The position numbers were made by a program, and so were the translations under genes. Below, piece by piece: positions 43,484 to 53,906 of a stretch of 64,000 nt of DNA (its first letter is position 1; each line of letters starts with the position of its first letter). The notes under the pieces were generated by a model. It was not told where the DNA came from, did no database searches, and was given only the letters and a program-made list of their open reading frames with translations. Source of the stretch: Promethearchaeota archaeon Loki_b31 (GTDB taxonomy: Archaea > Asgardarchaeota > Lokiarchaeia > Sigyniarchaeales > SOKP01); NCBI GenBank assembly GCA_005222975.1, contig NJBI01000008.1, forward strand, positions 19,818-83,817, in the 5' to 3' direction.

Positions 43484-44233
43484 ATGAAATCTAACTTTAG
43501 ATTATTTCAACTGCTTAATTTTATTCTAATTATTCCTGTTCCGCTTTTAGTAATGAATTTAATACTGTCAATGGTAACTTTGTATCAATTATTAGTATTA
43601 AATTATGTATTTACGAATCTTATAGCGTTTATTTCATATCAATCAGTATTGTTATTTCTAAATTTATTCGTCTTCTTTATTGAAGGATTAAGGATAATTG
43701 ATTTCTTAATCATTTATAGAATTAATCAAAACTTAGAAAACGTATTTAGTAAAAGGATAGATAGATATTTGGACCAATTTAAGGAATATAGTAGTACAAA
43801 TATTAAGGAACTTTATGTAGATAAGGAAAAATTATTATTCTCGCTAAACAATTGGAATGAACTCTATCTAGGAACTTTTTTTAATTCAGCCGAATCTAAT
43901 CTAAAGATTTCTGATTTTAGGGATTTATTATTTATTGAAGATAATGAGCAATATTATGCGTATATATTCTCGAATCTAAAACATCGACTTCTTGATTATC
44001 TTAGTTATAACGTAATTGAAGGTAAAATCAATGAAAACAAGGAGAACTTGACTAATGTATTACTAATAATTGAAAACATCATTAATAAACTAGATTATAA
44101 CATCAAACTTACTAATCAAATTCTAAAAAATAAACATGAAAGAAAAAAAATGATTACAACATGGCTAAGAATTATTAATAGCCCAATCTCAATATTTTTT
44201 ACCTTATTTTATTTCTTTTCAGGAATCGTATAA
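43484..44233 (+). CDS. Hypothetical membrane protein (2 N-terminal TM plus C-terminal TM)
   Basis: 249-aa AT-rich ORF abutting the CRISPR trailer end. Confidence 0.6.
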   Translation: MKSNFRLFQLLNFILIIPVPLLVMNLILSMVTLYQLLVLNYVFTNLIAFISYQSVLLFLNLFVFFIEGLRIIDFLIIYRINQNLENVFSKRIDRYLDQFKEYSSTNIKELYVDKEKLLFSLNNWNELYLGTFFNSAESNLKISDFRDLLFIEDNEQYYAYIFSNLKHRLLDYLSYNVIEGKINENKENLTNVLLIIENIINKLDYNIKLTNQILKNKHERKKMITTWLRIINSPISIFFTLFYFFSGIV

Positions 44234-44276
44234 TCACTTTATAATCCAATAAAATTCATTGACCTTAGATAGTTGG

Positions 44277-45176
44277 TTTTAAAACCTTGTTTTATTGGAT
44301 ATTTTATTACTACATAAGGAGTTATACCCAAACACATATAGAAAATTTTTTCCATTTCAATCCTTGTTTTGTTGGATATTTTATTGTTACTAATATACAC
44401 TTCAAAACTTTGGATGCAAGAGAGTTAATTTCAATCCTTATTTTGTTGGATATTTTATTGTTACGAAGGAGAAACATACTGGGACGATTTGTGGGAAAAA
44501 TAATTTCAATCCTTATTTTGTTGGATATTTTATTGTTACGATACGGTATGGACTTATTTGTGTGAGAAATATAATATTTCAATCCTTATTTTGTTGGATA
44601 TTTTATTGTTACCATTGATGATTTATACATTCCTTATTTTGTTGGATATTTTATTGTTACCCCAGTCTGCCGTAGCTTTTAGTGCGACCACTTTTATATT
44701 TCAATCCTTATTTTGTTGGATATTTTATTGTTACTTATGATTGGACCGAGCAGAAAGGGATTAGTTTCAGATTTCAATCCTTATTTTGTTGGATATTTTA
44801 TTGTTACATCTCTTCCACTACATGTCATACATGAATCTCTTTTATTTCAATCCTTATTTTGTTGGATATTTTATTGTTACTACTGAGGGTATTACGATTT
44901 GGAACCAAGTTTGGACTATTTCAATCCTTATTTTGTTGGATATTTTATTGTTACAGGTAATGTTAATAAGGATGTTTTACCAAAGATATTTTATTTCAAT
45001 CCTTATTTTGTTGGATATTTTATTGTTACTTAATAACCCGGAAATATGAATCAAAACATCAACTCATTTCAATCCTTATTTTGTTGGATATTTTATTGTT
45101 ACAAAAAATGAGAGAAAGAACATTTAAAAATAGTCCAAAATTTCAATCCTTATTTTGTTGGATATTTTATTGTTAC
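44277..45176 (-). CRISPR. CRISPR array 1: 13 repeats (1 degenerate terminal, 1 truncated), 12 spacers; repeat GTAACAATAAAATATCCAACAAAATAAGGATTGAAAT
   Basis: 37-nt repeats with ~36-40-nt spacers; ATTGAAAT 3' end on the minus strand; leader on the right. Confidence 0.97.
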
Positions 45177-45710
45177 CCTTAATTTTTTAATAATATAATA
45201 CGCTAAGGCACTATTTAAATTTTGTTGAGGAGCAATTATTAATTCGTTGAAGGCGCCTTATTTCTATTCTTTTGATTTTTGAGCTAGCTCTAAGGATTCT
45301 ATACGATTTTTTCTCGAGCTGAGGTCTATCGTTCGAGAATTCTTTTTCGTATCTTCTGGCGCGTGAGTTGTTGTAAACAAAAAGATTTCGAACATTAAAA
45401 ATTTCTCGTTTGATATTTAAAGAAGCTCGGCGAAATTTGGTTCAAGGAAAACGCTCGCAAGCTCTTTTTCGTCTCAATATTAGCTAGTTGTTTTTATAAT
45501 AGTTTGCTTAAATTAAAGAATTTTAGAATTCATACGACCATAGCCTAACTTTGCTTTCGGGCTTTTTTATCGAGAAACACTCGATCAAGTGGACTTCTCC
45601 TTAACAAAAAGCTCTCATTGAGGCGTTGAATTAAATTAAATGGTTAGCTTGTACAAAATCGTAAAAAAAAATACTTCGATCCTCGAAATGGTTTAAATAC
45701 TTTAAATATA
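45177..45710 (-). promoter_or_regulatory. Leader of CRISPR array 1 (inverted copy of 56198-56730)
   Basis: Adjoins the first repeat; its reverse complement aligns along its whole length with the array 2 leader. Confidence 0.88.
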
Positions 45711-45860
45711 TTTATTTCTTAGTTTGGACTCCAAAAAAATTTGACTTTTCAAGAGAAATCTCGCTTTTATTTACTACGAGATATTTTTATAAATAATTTA
45801 AATTATTAGTGTTATTAAAAATCCAATAATTAATTTTATAAAGACAAATTTGGATATATT

Positions 45861-47421
45861 GGCATTAATGCTTTTTAGGTCATGGGAAAATAAAAACTTT
45901 TACCCGTAAGCGTTGAGAACGGTTTGAACTGAAATTCGCTTGCCTTCAGGGATTCTATACCTATTTTTTTCTTTTTACTATTTTTTATTAAATAACTATA
46001 CAAAGGGCGTCCCGCAAGATTTGTGAATGGGATATATCCATATTCCACAAGGAAGGCGTGAAGCGTGTATAATTTATGACCATATTCCTTATCTCTCTGC
46101 TTTCTCCCAGCTCCATTCCTCTTAACTTGCGAATATTTGCTTTCTATCTTGTTGGTGGTGATGTGTTTTCCCTTAAAAATTGTGAATATTGGAGTGAGCA
46201 GTTGAATCATCCACTTTTTAGCGCCCGCCCGCATGGATAACTTATTGGTCTCGAAATTTACGAAAATTTTGGCAGTCCCTTCTTTCTAAAACGAATCGGA
46301 TTGGTACTTCTCCAATTTTTGCCGCCATCGTTCGTTCTTATTTTGCGATGTATCTGATTTTCGAGGTCTGCCTCGTTTTGCTTGAACTTTTCCTTTAATA
46401 AACTTGATCTCCCAGTTAAACTTTAACTCGTGCTTATTGCGATAAAATGCTTTCCAGTGCGTATAGATCTTATAATGTAAAAAGTGAGGACCAAGCTTTT
46501 TATACTTGCTGATAATCACCTCTCCACGTTGCTTTTGGGCATGTAATTGAGCAACTTGAATTACTTTACTACCGAAAATTTTCGCGATTGCTTTATAGGA
46601 GGGCTCTCCATCGGTGATAAGGACTGTAAGTTTTTCTCTACACGCTTCAGGGATTTTATGGAACGCTTCAAGAATTAATTTCTTGAGATCGCCCTCATCT
46701 GCGAGTCCGATGGAAAGTGTTTCATAATCATTGTTGATAAATACAATTTCTGTATCAGAATTGCCTCAAGAGCCCATATAGATCTCATCCCCTAATATAA
46801 CACCTCGCGGAAGTGCTTTTAATTTCTGCTCAATTACATCCAAATTTTGTTGAAATACTTGCGAAACAAACGATTTTTTAAATTTACTTAACTTATCTTG
46901 AGGAATTCCCCATTGTTTTGCTATTCCAGTGAGCGGATATTTTAAAACAAACAGATCGTAAAGGATCATTTTAATTTTTTGTTGATAAAGTAATAAATTC
47001 CTCATTTCAATGTCCTTTCCAAACCGTTTCTCGCATTTTGAACACCTAATCCTATGAACGCTCCTATCTTCTAAAGTATTAAATCCGTTATATGTGAGTG
47101 TGCCCAAGTGAGCACATATGTTTTGTGAATCTGATTTTGAATTCCGCTTCTTAGGACCAGAAAAAAATTTTTTCCGTATCTTTTTATCTATGTCGTGATA
47201 ATTCATCATTTTCTTCTGCCAATTTTTTTTCTCTATTTAATATTGGGGAGCCCTTTTATTTTAATGTTTTCCTTGGAGCTGATGCTTTATACAACACAAA
47301 GATTGATAGATAACTGGACAAAAAAATAAGAGATCCAAAGATTTAAATGATATCAAACTAAATTTTCACAAAATAAGAAAATAAAAAAAAATTTTGGCAT
47401 GACCTAAAAGGCATTAATGCT
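45861..47421 (-). mobile_element. Decayed IS element (DDE transposase, IS1595-like) with 24-bp TIRs and 8-bp TSD GATATATT
   Basis: Left end GGCATTAATGCTTTTTAGGTCATG; right end rc AGCATTAATGCCTTTTAGGTCATG; GATATATT at 45853-45860 and 47422-47429; transposase fragments with Zn-ribbon, GDEIY, ITDG..SY and TNKIES...KR. Confidence 0.88.
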
Positions 47422-47474
47422 GATATATTTTATATATTTAATATAAATATGGGCTCAACGGAATAAATCATAAT

Positions 47475-50105
47475 ATGAAAGACAAATTTCAATTAGTCTT
47501 TGGAGCTTTATTGCACGATATTGGCAAGTTAGGGTATCGAGCGGGCGAGAGGGGGAGTCACGAAGAGATTGGCGCGAGAGTGACTCAAGAATACGACGAT
47601 GTGCTCCCTAAAGTTAACAGCTTAATTTCTTTACACCATCAACGGGATAACGGAAATGTTTTTGAGGGCGAAGGGTATAACCTCTTAAAAAAAGTTATTA
47701 TTGCCGACTGGTTAGCGTCAGCAGAAAGGATAGAGGTCGAGGAAAGAAAAGAAGTGAGAAAAGTTGGACTGAGCCCTGTATTTTCTAAAATTAATCTTTT
47801 TAACAAAGAAATTAGTCGTCATAAATTTGTTTACTTAGGAAAAGAACTCGAGCTAAAAAACGGCTCTAAAGAGATATTCCCTTTAATAGAAAATGAAGCT
47901 TCAAGTTTATTAGAGCGTTATTTTTTAGGTAACTGGAATTTGTTCAAGAAAAAATTTCAAAGGGTAGGGGAATATAAAGACGATTTCGAGGCTTTATTTG
48001 ACTTTTTGTATTCTCTTGTTAAAACGCATTTTAAATTCGTACCTTCTGCTGCTTATTTTGTCGAACCAGACGTTAGTCTTTTCGATCACTCAAAAATGGT
48101 CTGTGCGATCGCTCTTGCCATTCATAACTATTTTAAAGCGAAGTCAGTTGAAGAAAAAGAAGAAATAGCCGCTTTAAATAATTTAGGTAAATTACTGCAA
48201 GGTCTATATAGAGAGGGCGATCTATACAAAAAGGAAATAGAGAAGGATAATAAGCTAAGAGAGGTATTTAAGAACGTTAAGTTTTTTGCCTTAATTCACG
48301 GCGATTTTTCCGGAATTCAGAAGTTTATCCATTTAATCAGTTCTAAGTCTGCTATGAAGACCTTAAAAGGAAGGTCCTTCTTTTTTACTCTGTTAACAGA
48401 GAATTTTGCGAGTTTTATCGTACAGCAATTAGACCTAACGGAAGCTAACATTATATTTGCGGGAGGAGGTCATTTCTATATAATTAGTCATTGTTTTGAC
48501 GAGCTGGAATCTAAAATAAGAGAGTTTAGTATCAAGATAAACGCTTTATTTATCGAGGAACTCAATTCCAGATTGTTTCTTGCTTTGGATTTCGTTCCCT
48601 TATCTGTTGAAAGTTTGAGAAACGGGATTTCTGAAATCTGGGACTCGGCAACTAGAAAAACCTCGAATAAAAAGTTAAAGAAATTTAACGATATAATTAG
48701 TACTTCTGGTACTAACTATTTTTCGAAAATATTCGGTCCTGTTCACGATTCTGCGTTGAAAACAGAAAGATGCGTCGTTTGTAATTCGTATTCGGATTTA
48801 GAACCTATCGAAAGAGGTGGCGAGGACCAATGGTGTTCTCAGTGCAGAAGCTTTAAGGAGTTAACTGATAAATTAAAAAGTAGCAAATTTTATCGCATTA
48901 CGCAAGATAGTCAAGAGAGTTATAACGATGTTTTAAAGGAATTTAACAACGCTGTGGAGTTTGCCGACCTTAATACCGCGTCAAAAAAAGATTTAAAAAC
49001 TTGGTGTTCGATAAATAACCCCTCCTTTGAAAAAACTATTGGCGACAAACTGTTACCTATCGGATTTCCACTTAACGAAAATGACTCTATTATCGACAAC
49101 GACCAATTAGGCGAGAAATCTAAAGAAAGGACAGGATTTAACAAAATCGCCGTATTAAAAATGGACGTCGATTCGTTAGGAAAAATTTTTCAAAGAGGCT
49201 TGCGAAAAAATTACAGTCTTTCTCGAGTATCTACTCTGAGTACTTCTTTATCGTTATTTTTTAGGGGATACGTTTCAAAACTAGTAGAGACGAGCTATCC
49301 CAATTCTATCTATTTGATCTTTTCGGGAGGAGACGATCTTTTTGCTATGGGTGCCTGGGATAAAGTTATTGAATTTGCGTTTGAATTGTATCGAGCGTTT
49401 AGAAAGTTCACAGCTTACAATCCCGACATTACTTTAAGTGCTGGTATAGTTTTAGAAAGTCCTAAGTTTCGTATTATTCACGCTTCAATGGTAGCGGAGG
49501 AACAGTTGGATAACGCTAAGTATAGCGAACCTTATTCGAGCGAATTTAACACTAAAAATAAAATAACCCTATTTGGTTCGGTTTTAAAATGGGATTGGAC
49601 CTTAGAAAAAGAACTAAAACATCTTCAATTGACCAAAGATTCTAAAGATATTAAAACGCTTCGCAGAGAGCAAATTATCGAGGTCTTTGAGACAAAAGAC
49701 GACGCCAAAATCAACGCGTTCCTTATCGATTGGCTTAACGACAAATCAGAATTCGAACTCTCATTAATTTTAAAAGACGTTCTGACCTATCTGCTCGTAA
49801 AAAAGGATTTTTCTAAATCAATGCTCCACAAATTAGAAACTTCTATAATAGGAGTAAGAAAATTACTTGAAGATTCCTTAAAAAGAAAAGTTAACGTTCC
49901 AAAGTTATGGCGATTAAAATATTATTTGAGAAAGGTTTTAGGCTCAAAAGACCGCGAAGTGAGGTTGTTGAGCCAATTTATTGTTTACGCTTTTGAAATA
50001 ATAATTAAAAACAATTTGTTTAAGACCGATCCAAATTTACAAATTAAAAACGTTGAATTCATAACTGTCGCAATAAAGTGGGCAGATTACTTAACCAGAA
50101 AATAA
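47475..50105 (+). CDS. cas10: Type III-A Cas10/Csm1 (HD nuclease plus palm cyclase)
   Basis: LLHDIGK HD motif, DFSGIQKFI, LKGRSF, CxxC/CxxC Zn finger, KMDVDSLG, SGGDDLF. Confidence 0.97.
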   Translation: MKDKFQLVFGALLHDIGKLGYRAGERGSHEEIGARVTQEYDDVLPKVNSLISLHHQRDNGNVFEGEGYNLLKKVIIADWLASAERIEVEERKEVRKVGLSPVFSKINLFNKEISRHKFVYLGKELELKNGSKEIFPLIENEASSLLERYFLGNWNLFKKKFQRVGEYKDDFEALFDFLYSLVKTHFKFVPSAAYFVEPDVSLFDHSKMVCAIALAIHNYFKAKSVEEKEEIAALNNLGKLLQGLYREGDLYKKEIEKDNKLREVFKNVKFFALIHGDFSGIQKFIHLISSKSAMKTLKGRSFFFTLLTENFASFIVQQLDLTEANIIFAGGGHFYIISHCFDELESKIREFSIKINALFIEELNSRLFLALDFVPLSVESLRNGISEIWDSATRKTSNKKLKKFNDIISTSGTNYFSKIFGPVHDSALKTERCVVCNSYSDLEPIERGGEDQWCSQCRSFKELTDKLKSSKFYRITQDSQESYNDVLKEFNNAVEFADLNTASKKDLKTWCSINNPSFEKTIGDKLLPIGFPLNENDSIIDNDQLGEKSKERTGFNKIAVLKMDVDSLGKIFQRGLRKNYSLSRVSTLSTSLSLFFRGYVSKLVETSYPNSIYLIFSGGDDLFAMGAWDKVIEFAFELYRAFRKFTAYNPDITLSAGIVLESPKFRIIHASMVAEEQLDNAKYSEPYSSEFNTKNKITLFGSVLKWDWTLEKELKHLQLTKDSKDIKTLRREQIIEVFETKDDAKINAFLIDWLNDKSEFELSLILKDVLTYLLVKKDFSKSMLHKLETSIIGVRKLLEDSLKRKVNVPKLWRLKYYLRKVLGSKDREVRLLSQFIVYAFEIIIKNNLFKTDPNLQIKNVEFITVAIKWADYLTRK

Positions 50106-50175
50106 AACATAATTTAATAAAAAATAATAAAACAATTAAAAACGAGGAAAAATTACGTATTTTAGTAGATGAAAA

Positions 50176-50607
50176 ATGTCGTATAAAAGTAAAAGAAATT
50201 ATGATGGTAGAAAAGACGACCGTGGAAATTCTGGGAATCAATTAGTTTTAGATATTAAGCGAAACGCCGAAAATATTTTAACGGAAGAAGATATAGAAAA
50301 ATTTATAGATCTCAGCGAGAGGTTTGGAACGTACTGTGCCAAAAACGGTATTTCAACGTCGCAAATTCGGGGAATATTTCAGAAAGTTAAACGATTACCG
50401 GACGATTTTGAAAGCTCGAAAAAAGAGTTGAATTTGTTGCGTCCAAAATTAGCGTATCAAAAAGGCAGGTTTTCAAAATTAGGGCCGTTGACAGAAGTTT
50501 TAGACGATTTAATTAAAAAAGTAAAAGACGATTCTACTTTAAAAGGGTTTAAGAATTTCTTTGAAGCAATTATCGCGTACCATAAAGCTGCTGGAGGTGC
50601 AGAATAA
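50176..50607 (+). CDS. csm2: Csm2 small subunit
   Basis: TSQIRGIF, LRPKLAYQKGR, FFEAIIAYHK. Confidence 0.95.
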   Translation: MSYKSKRNYDGRKDDRGNSGNQLVLDIKRNAENILTEEDIEKFIDLSERFGTYCAKNGISTSQIRGIFQKVKRLPDDFESSKKELNLLRPKLAYQKGRFSKLGPLTEVLDDLIKKVKDDSTLKGFKNFFEAIIAYHKAAGGAE

Positions 50608-50608
50608 A

Positions 50609-51400
50609 ATGGAAAAGTATCAATTAAAAGGAAAAATAATAATAAAAGGCAAAATTGTAGTAAAAACAGGTTTAGCAATTGGGGGAAGCACCACTTCGTT
50701 AGATATTGGAGGTATGGATTCTCCGGTAATTAAAGACGGAAAAGGCGTTCCTTATATCCCTGGAAGCTCGATAAAAGGCAAATTAAGAAGTCTATTGGAG
50801 CAATCCTACTACCCACTCCGAGCTAAAGATCAAAAAGATGGAAAAGGGTATTTTCATCCATCGCAGAGTATTCACATGTTTGATAACAATACCATTGACT
50901 CAATAATGAGAATTTTTGGAGCTCCTGACACGAAGGAACCCGTGAGATGTATTTTCCGAGACGCGTATCTCGACTACGACCATTTCGAAAAAAATCGAGA
51001 GGAGTTATTCAAGAGTCTAGAATTAACATTTACGGAAGACAAGATAGAAAACGTTATCGATCGAATATCCGCCAGAGCTATGCCAAGACACTTAGAGCGC
51101 GTTCCTATGGGAGCATATTTTGATTTTGAAATCATTTTCGACTTATTCTCAGAAGAAGACAAAGAACTTTTGAAAACGCTATTTCAAGGATTAAGACTCC
51201 TCGAGGACGATTACTTAGGAGGGAGCGGGTCGAGAGGTAGTGGAAAGGTCTCGTTTGTAGGGATGTCTATGTTATACCGGTCAATTGACTACTACAAAAA
51301 CGAGCAAAAAGAAACGAGTTTAGTCGATAAAGAATTCAATCTTAAAGATATAGAAAGCGAAGATTGGTTTGCGAATGTTATTGGTAAAATTAATATCTAA
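50609..51400 (+). CDS. csm3: Csm3 RAMP backbone RNase
   Basis: TGLAIGG, IGGMDSPV (catalytic Asp), PYIPGSSIKGKLRS, YLGGSGSRGSG; ATG at 50609. Confidence 0.96.
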   Translation: MEKYQLKGKIIIKGKIVVKTGLAIGGSTTSLDIGGMDSPVIKDGKGVPYIPGSSIKGKLRSLLEQSYYPLRAKDQKDGKGYFHPSQSIHMFDNNTIDSIMRIFGAPDTKEPVRCIFRDAYLDYDHFEKNREELFKSLELTFTEDKIENVIDRISARAMPRHLERVPMGAYFDFEIIFDLFSEEDKELLKTLFQGLRLLEDDYLGGSGSRGSGKVSFVGMSMLYRSIDYYKNEQKETSLVDKEFNLKDIESEDWFANVIGKINI

Positions 51401-52544
51401 GCGCAGGAACTATTTCAGCATTGGAAAGGACTATACAAATAGTACTAGCGTTGTAGTCCATAGTGACACTTTATTCAGTGCCATCTGCAATAATTTACGC
51501 CTTATCTACGGAAGAAGCGTCTTAGAAGACTTTTTGGCCGCGATATCAGAGAGCTCTGCCGTTAATAAAACGCCGTTCCGAATTTCTTCTTGCTTTCATT
51601 ACGTTGACGTTTATAGAGAAAACGAGTTAGTAAATACCCTTTATTTTTTGCCAAAACCGTCGATTAGACTACCGTTTGATCCTGTATCTCAACAGAATCT
51701 CAACGAGAGTTCAAAACTATTTAAAAAAATTGAGTTTGTCTCTTTTGAAATCGTTAAAAAACTACAACAAAACAAAGAAATATCTTTTTCTCGATATCAC
51801 ATACTTGACAAAAAATATTTATTGGACGATAAAGATTTAAAAGACTTAGGCTTAGAGAAATTCTTAAAGCCTTCAGATGAATCCTTCCCAAGCGATTACA
51901 AAGCAATTAATAAGCAAATCTCTATTTTTGAAATCTTAACCGAACAGAAAGTAAGCATAAGCCGTCTTCGAAAAGAGTCGCAGCCGTATCTTTGGCAAAA
52001 AATGAGGTTTAGAAAATCTCGCTATTACATTAAAGATGATGGTAAGCGAATTTATTACGAGTTAATTCCCAGCTTTTATTTTCTATTTGATTGTTCTGAA
52101 TTAGAAGACCATTATTTAAAGAAAATAACAGCGGCCTTGCGACTTATCGCAGACCAAGGGCTCGGGGGGAAGCGGAGTCTTGGAAGTGGGCTGGTAGACA
52201 AAGTAGAATTTATCGAAATAGACGCAAACTTTCCACACTGTACTTTATTTGAGCAAAAGAAGGATGGTTTGCTCGTAAACATTTCTTTAGTGTTCCCCAC
52301 GATAGAAGATATGGAAAAGATTTTATATTTTAAACTGTTCGGACGGAGCGGGTACATTTATTCTCCAGAATCTAGCTCTATACGCTTTAACGACCTTAAG
52401 TTCGTTGAGGAGGGGTCAATTTTCGACGAAGAGGTTCCGGGAAAACTAGTTCAAGTTGCTTCCGAAAAATTTAAATCGGAAAATCACGAAGTCTATAAGA
52501 ACGGAATAGGTTTTTACGTAAATATAGGAAGTATAGAGGGGTAA
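51375..52544 (+). CDS. csm4: Csm4 RAMP
   Basis: HSDTLFSAI, RISS, FLPKP, GLGGKRSLGSG, EEGSIF; ATG at 51375. Confidence 0.94.
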   Translation: MLLVKLISKRRNYFSIGKDYTNSTSVVVHSDTLFSAICNNLRLIYGRSVLEDFLAAISESSAVNKTPFRISSCFHYVDVYRENELVNTLYFLPKPSIRLPFDPVSQQNLNESSKLFKKIEFVSFEIVKKLQQNKEISFSRYHILDKKYLLDDKDLKDLGLEKFLKPSDESFPSDYKAINKQISIFEILTEQKVSISRLRKESQPYLWQKMRFRKSRYYIKDDGKRIYYELIPSFYFLFDCSELEDHYLKKITAALRLIADQGLGGKRSLGSGLVDKVEFIEIDANFPHCTLFEQKKDGLLVNISLVFPTIEDMEKILYFKLFGRSGYIYSPESSSIRFNDLKFVEEGSIFDEEVPGKLVQVASEKFKSENHEVYKNGIGFYVNIGSIEG

Positions 52545-52551
52545 TAACAAA

Positions 52552-53859
52552 ATGAAGCGTACGAGTTTTTCAGAAGAATCCGGTTCTGACAAATTAGAAA
52601 TTACGGGCTTATCTCCGATTTACATAGGTTCTGGCGACAAGTACTCGCAACTCGATTACGTTAGCGATGGGAACAAAATTCATGTCATTGATTTCAGTAA
52701 GATTTTAGATCACATTCCCTTAGAATCAATTGACGACTTTACAAACGAAATTAACGCAAATTTCAAAAATAATGTTTGGAGAGGCGAAGTAAAAGAGTTT
52801 TTAAAAAATTACAACGTTGATTGGAAAGATTATGTGGAAAAAAGTTACGATTTGGTCGGAGAAATCGGTAAAAACGAAATTAATCAATTTGTAAAAACCT
52901 CAGATCAAATCTATATTCCGGGTTCGAGCGTTAAAGGAGCGATAAGAACTTCAATTCTGTATCAAATTTTAAAAAACCACCCCAACAAAAGAGCTCAGAT
53001 TTCCGATTATATTAGTCGCAGCTATAGACCTCGAGATCGAGACCTCCAACGGCTATTACGTTCTGATGGTAAGACGGATTTGTTGAGGGCTTTAATCGTT
53101 TCCGATTCAACGCTTAAGGACAGGCGCTCTTTCACTAAAGTAGTTAAATCAAACGTTTATCACTTAAGAGAAAGAGAATTGCAATCGCCGATTTTTAACG
53201 AGATACTAGGTAAAGACTTCAAGAGTAGCGGTTTCATAAAAATAAACGATAAATTGGTCGATTCGGGTTATTTGATCTCTAATTTCTTTTCGCTTAAAAA
53301 GGAAGCGATTTTAGAGGCTATAAACTTATTTTCTCGCGAAATCATTGAACAAGAGCTCCAACAATTTAGAGACCAAGATGATGAGAACTTAACCGAAATC
53401 GTAAGATTTTACAATGGTTTAACAGATCAGATTGAATCGATGAAAGACAATGAGTGCGCTCTTCGTTTGGGGCAAGGTTCGAGCTTTATTGCGATCACTA
53501 TGTTCTTACAATTTAAAGACAACTTTAATTGGATAAAGCGACTTACAAATCTTGAAGTTTACACTTTTAACGCACCTGATCGTCAGGATAGAAGATATGC
53601 GATCGCTAGAGATCGCGGATTTACGGTTTTACCAGATCGCAACTCGGAGCACAAACCAAGATTTGGTTTGAACGAGAAGTGGTTATGTAAAGCGATAAGA
53701 ACTATACAACAAAAGAAAATTAAAATAGTATCGTTAATCGAACAAGTTAGTGGAGAATTCAACTTTAAAAACATAGTGTACCCGATTACGCGTAAATTCG
53801 TAGTTTCAGGCGATAAACCGATCTTACCGTACGGGTGGGTGAAGTTAAAATGGGGTTAA
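52552..53859 (+). CDS. csm5: Csm5 RAMP
   Basis: LSPIYIGSG, YIPGSSVKGAIRT, LRLGQGS, PYGWVK. Confidence 0.94.
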   Translation: MKRTSFSEESGSDKLEITGLSPIYIGSGDKYSQLDYVSDGNKIHVIDFSKILDHIPLESIDDFTNEINANFKNNVWRGEVKEFLKNYNVDWKDYVEKSYDLVGEIGKNEINQFVKTSDQIYIPGSSVKGAIRTSILYQILKNHPNKRAQISDYISRSYRPRDRDLQRLLRSDGKTDLLRALIVSDSTLKDRRSFTKVVKSNVYHLRERELQSPIFNEILGKDFKSSGFIKINDKLVDSGYLISNFFSLKKEAILEAINLFSREIIEQELQQFRDQDDENLTEIVRFYNGLTDQIESMKDNECALRLGQGSSFIAITMFLQFKDNFNWIKRLTNLEVYTFNAPDRQDRRYAIARDRGFTVLPDRNSEHKPRFGLNEKWLCKAIRTIQQKKIKIVSLIEQVSGEFNFKNIVYPITRKFVVSGDKPILPYGWVKLKWG

Positions 53860-53906
53860 ATTTGAAAGATAGATGACCGTTTAAAATTTGTATAGGGGGG
53901 TAAAAT

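Noticed and set aside
44287-45049. Short ORFs with repeated ISILILLDILLL peptides (also 56867-57902)
   Set aside because: These are translations of CRISPR repeats.
45861-45872. Reading the IS as a 12-bp TIR with 12-bp TSD GGCATTAATGCT
   Set aside because: This is an artefact of the palindromic ends; the 24-bp TIR with an independent 8-bp GATATATT duplication explains more sequence.
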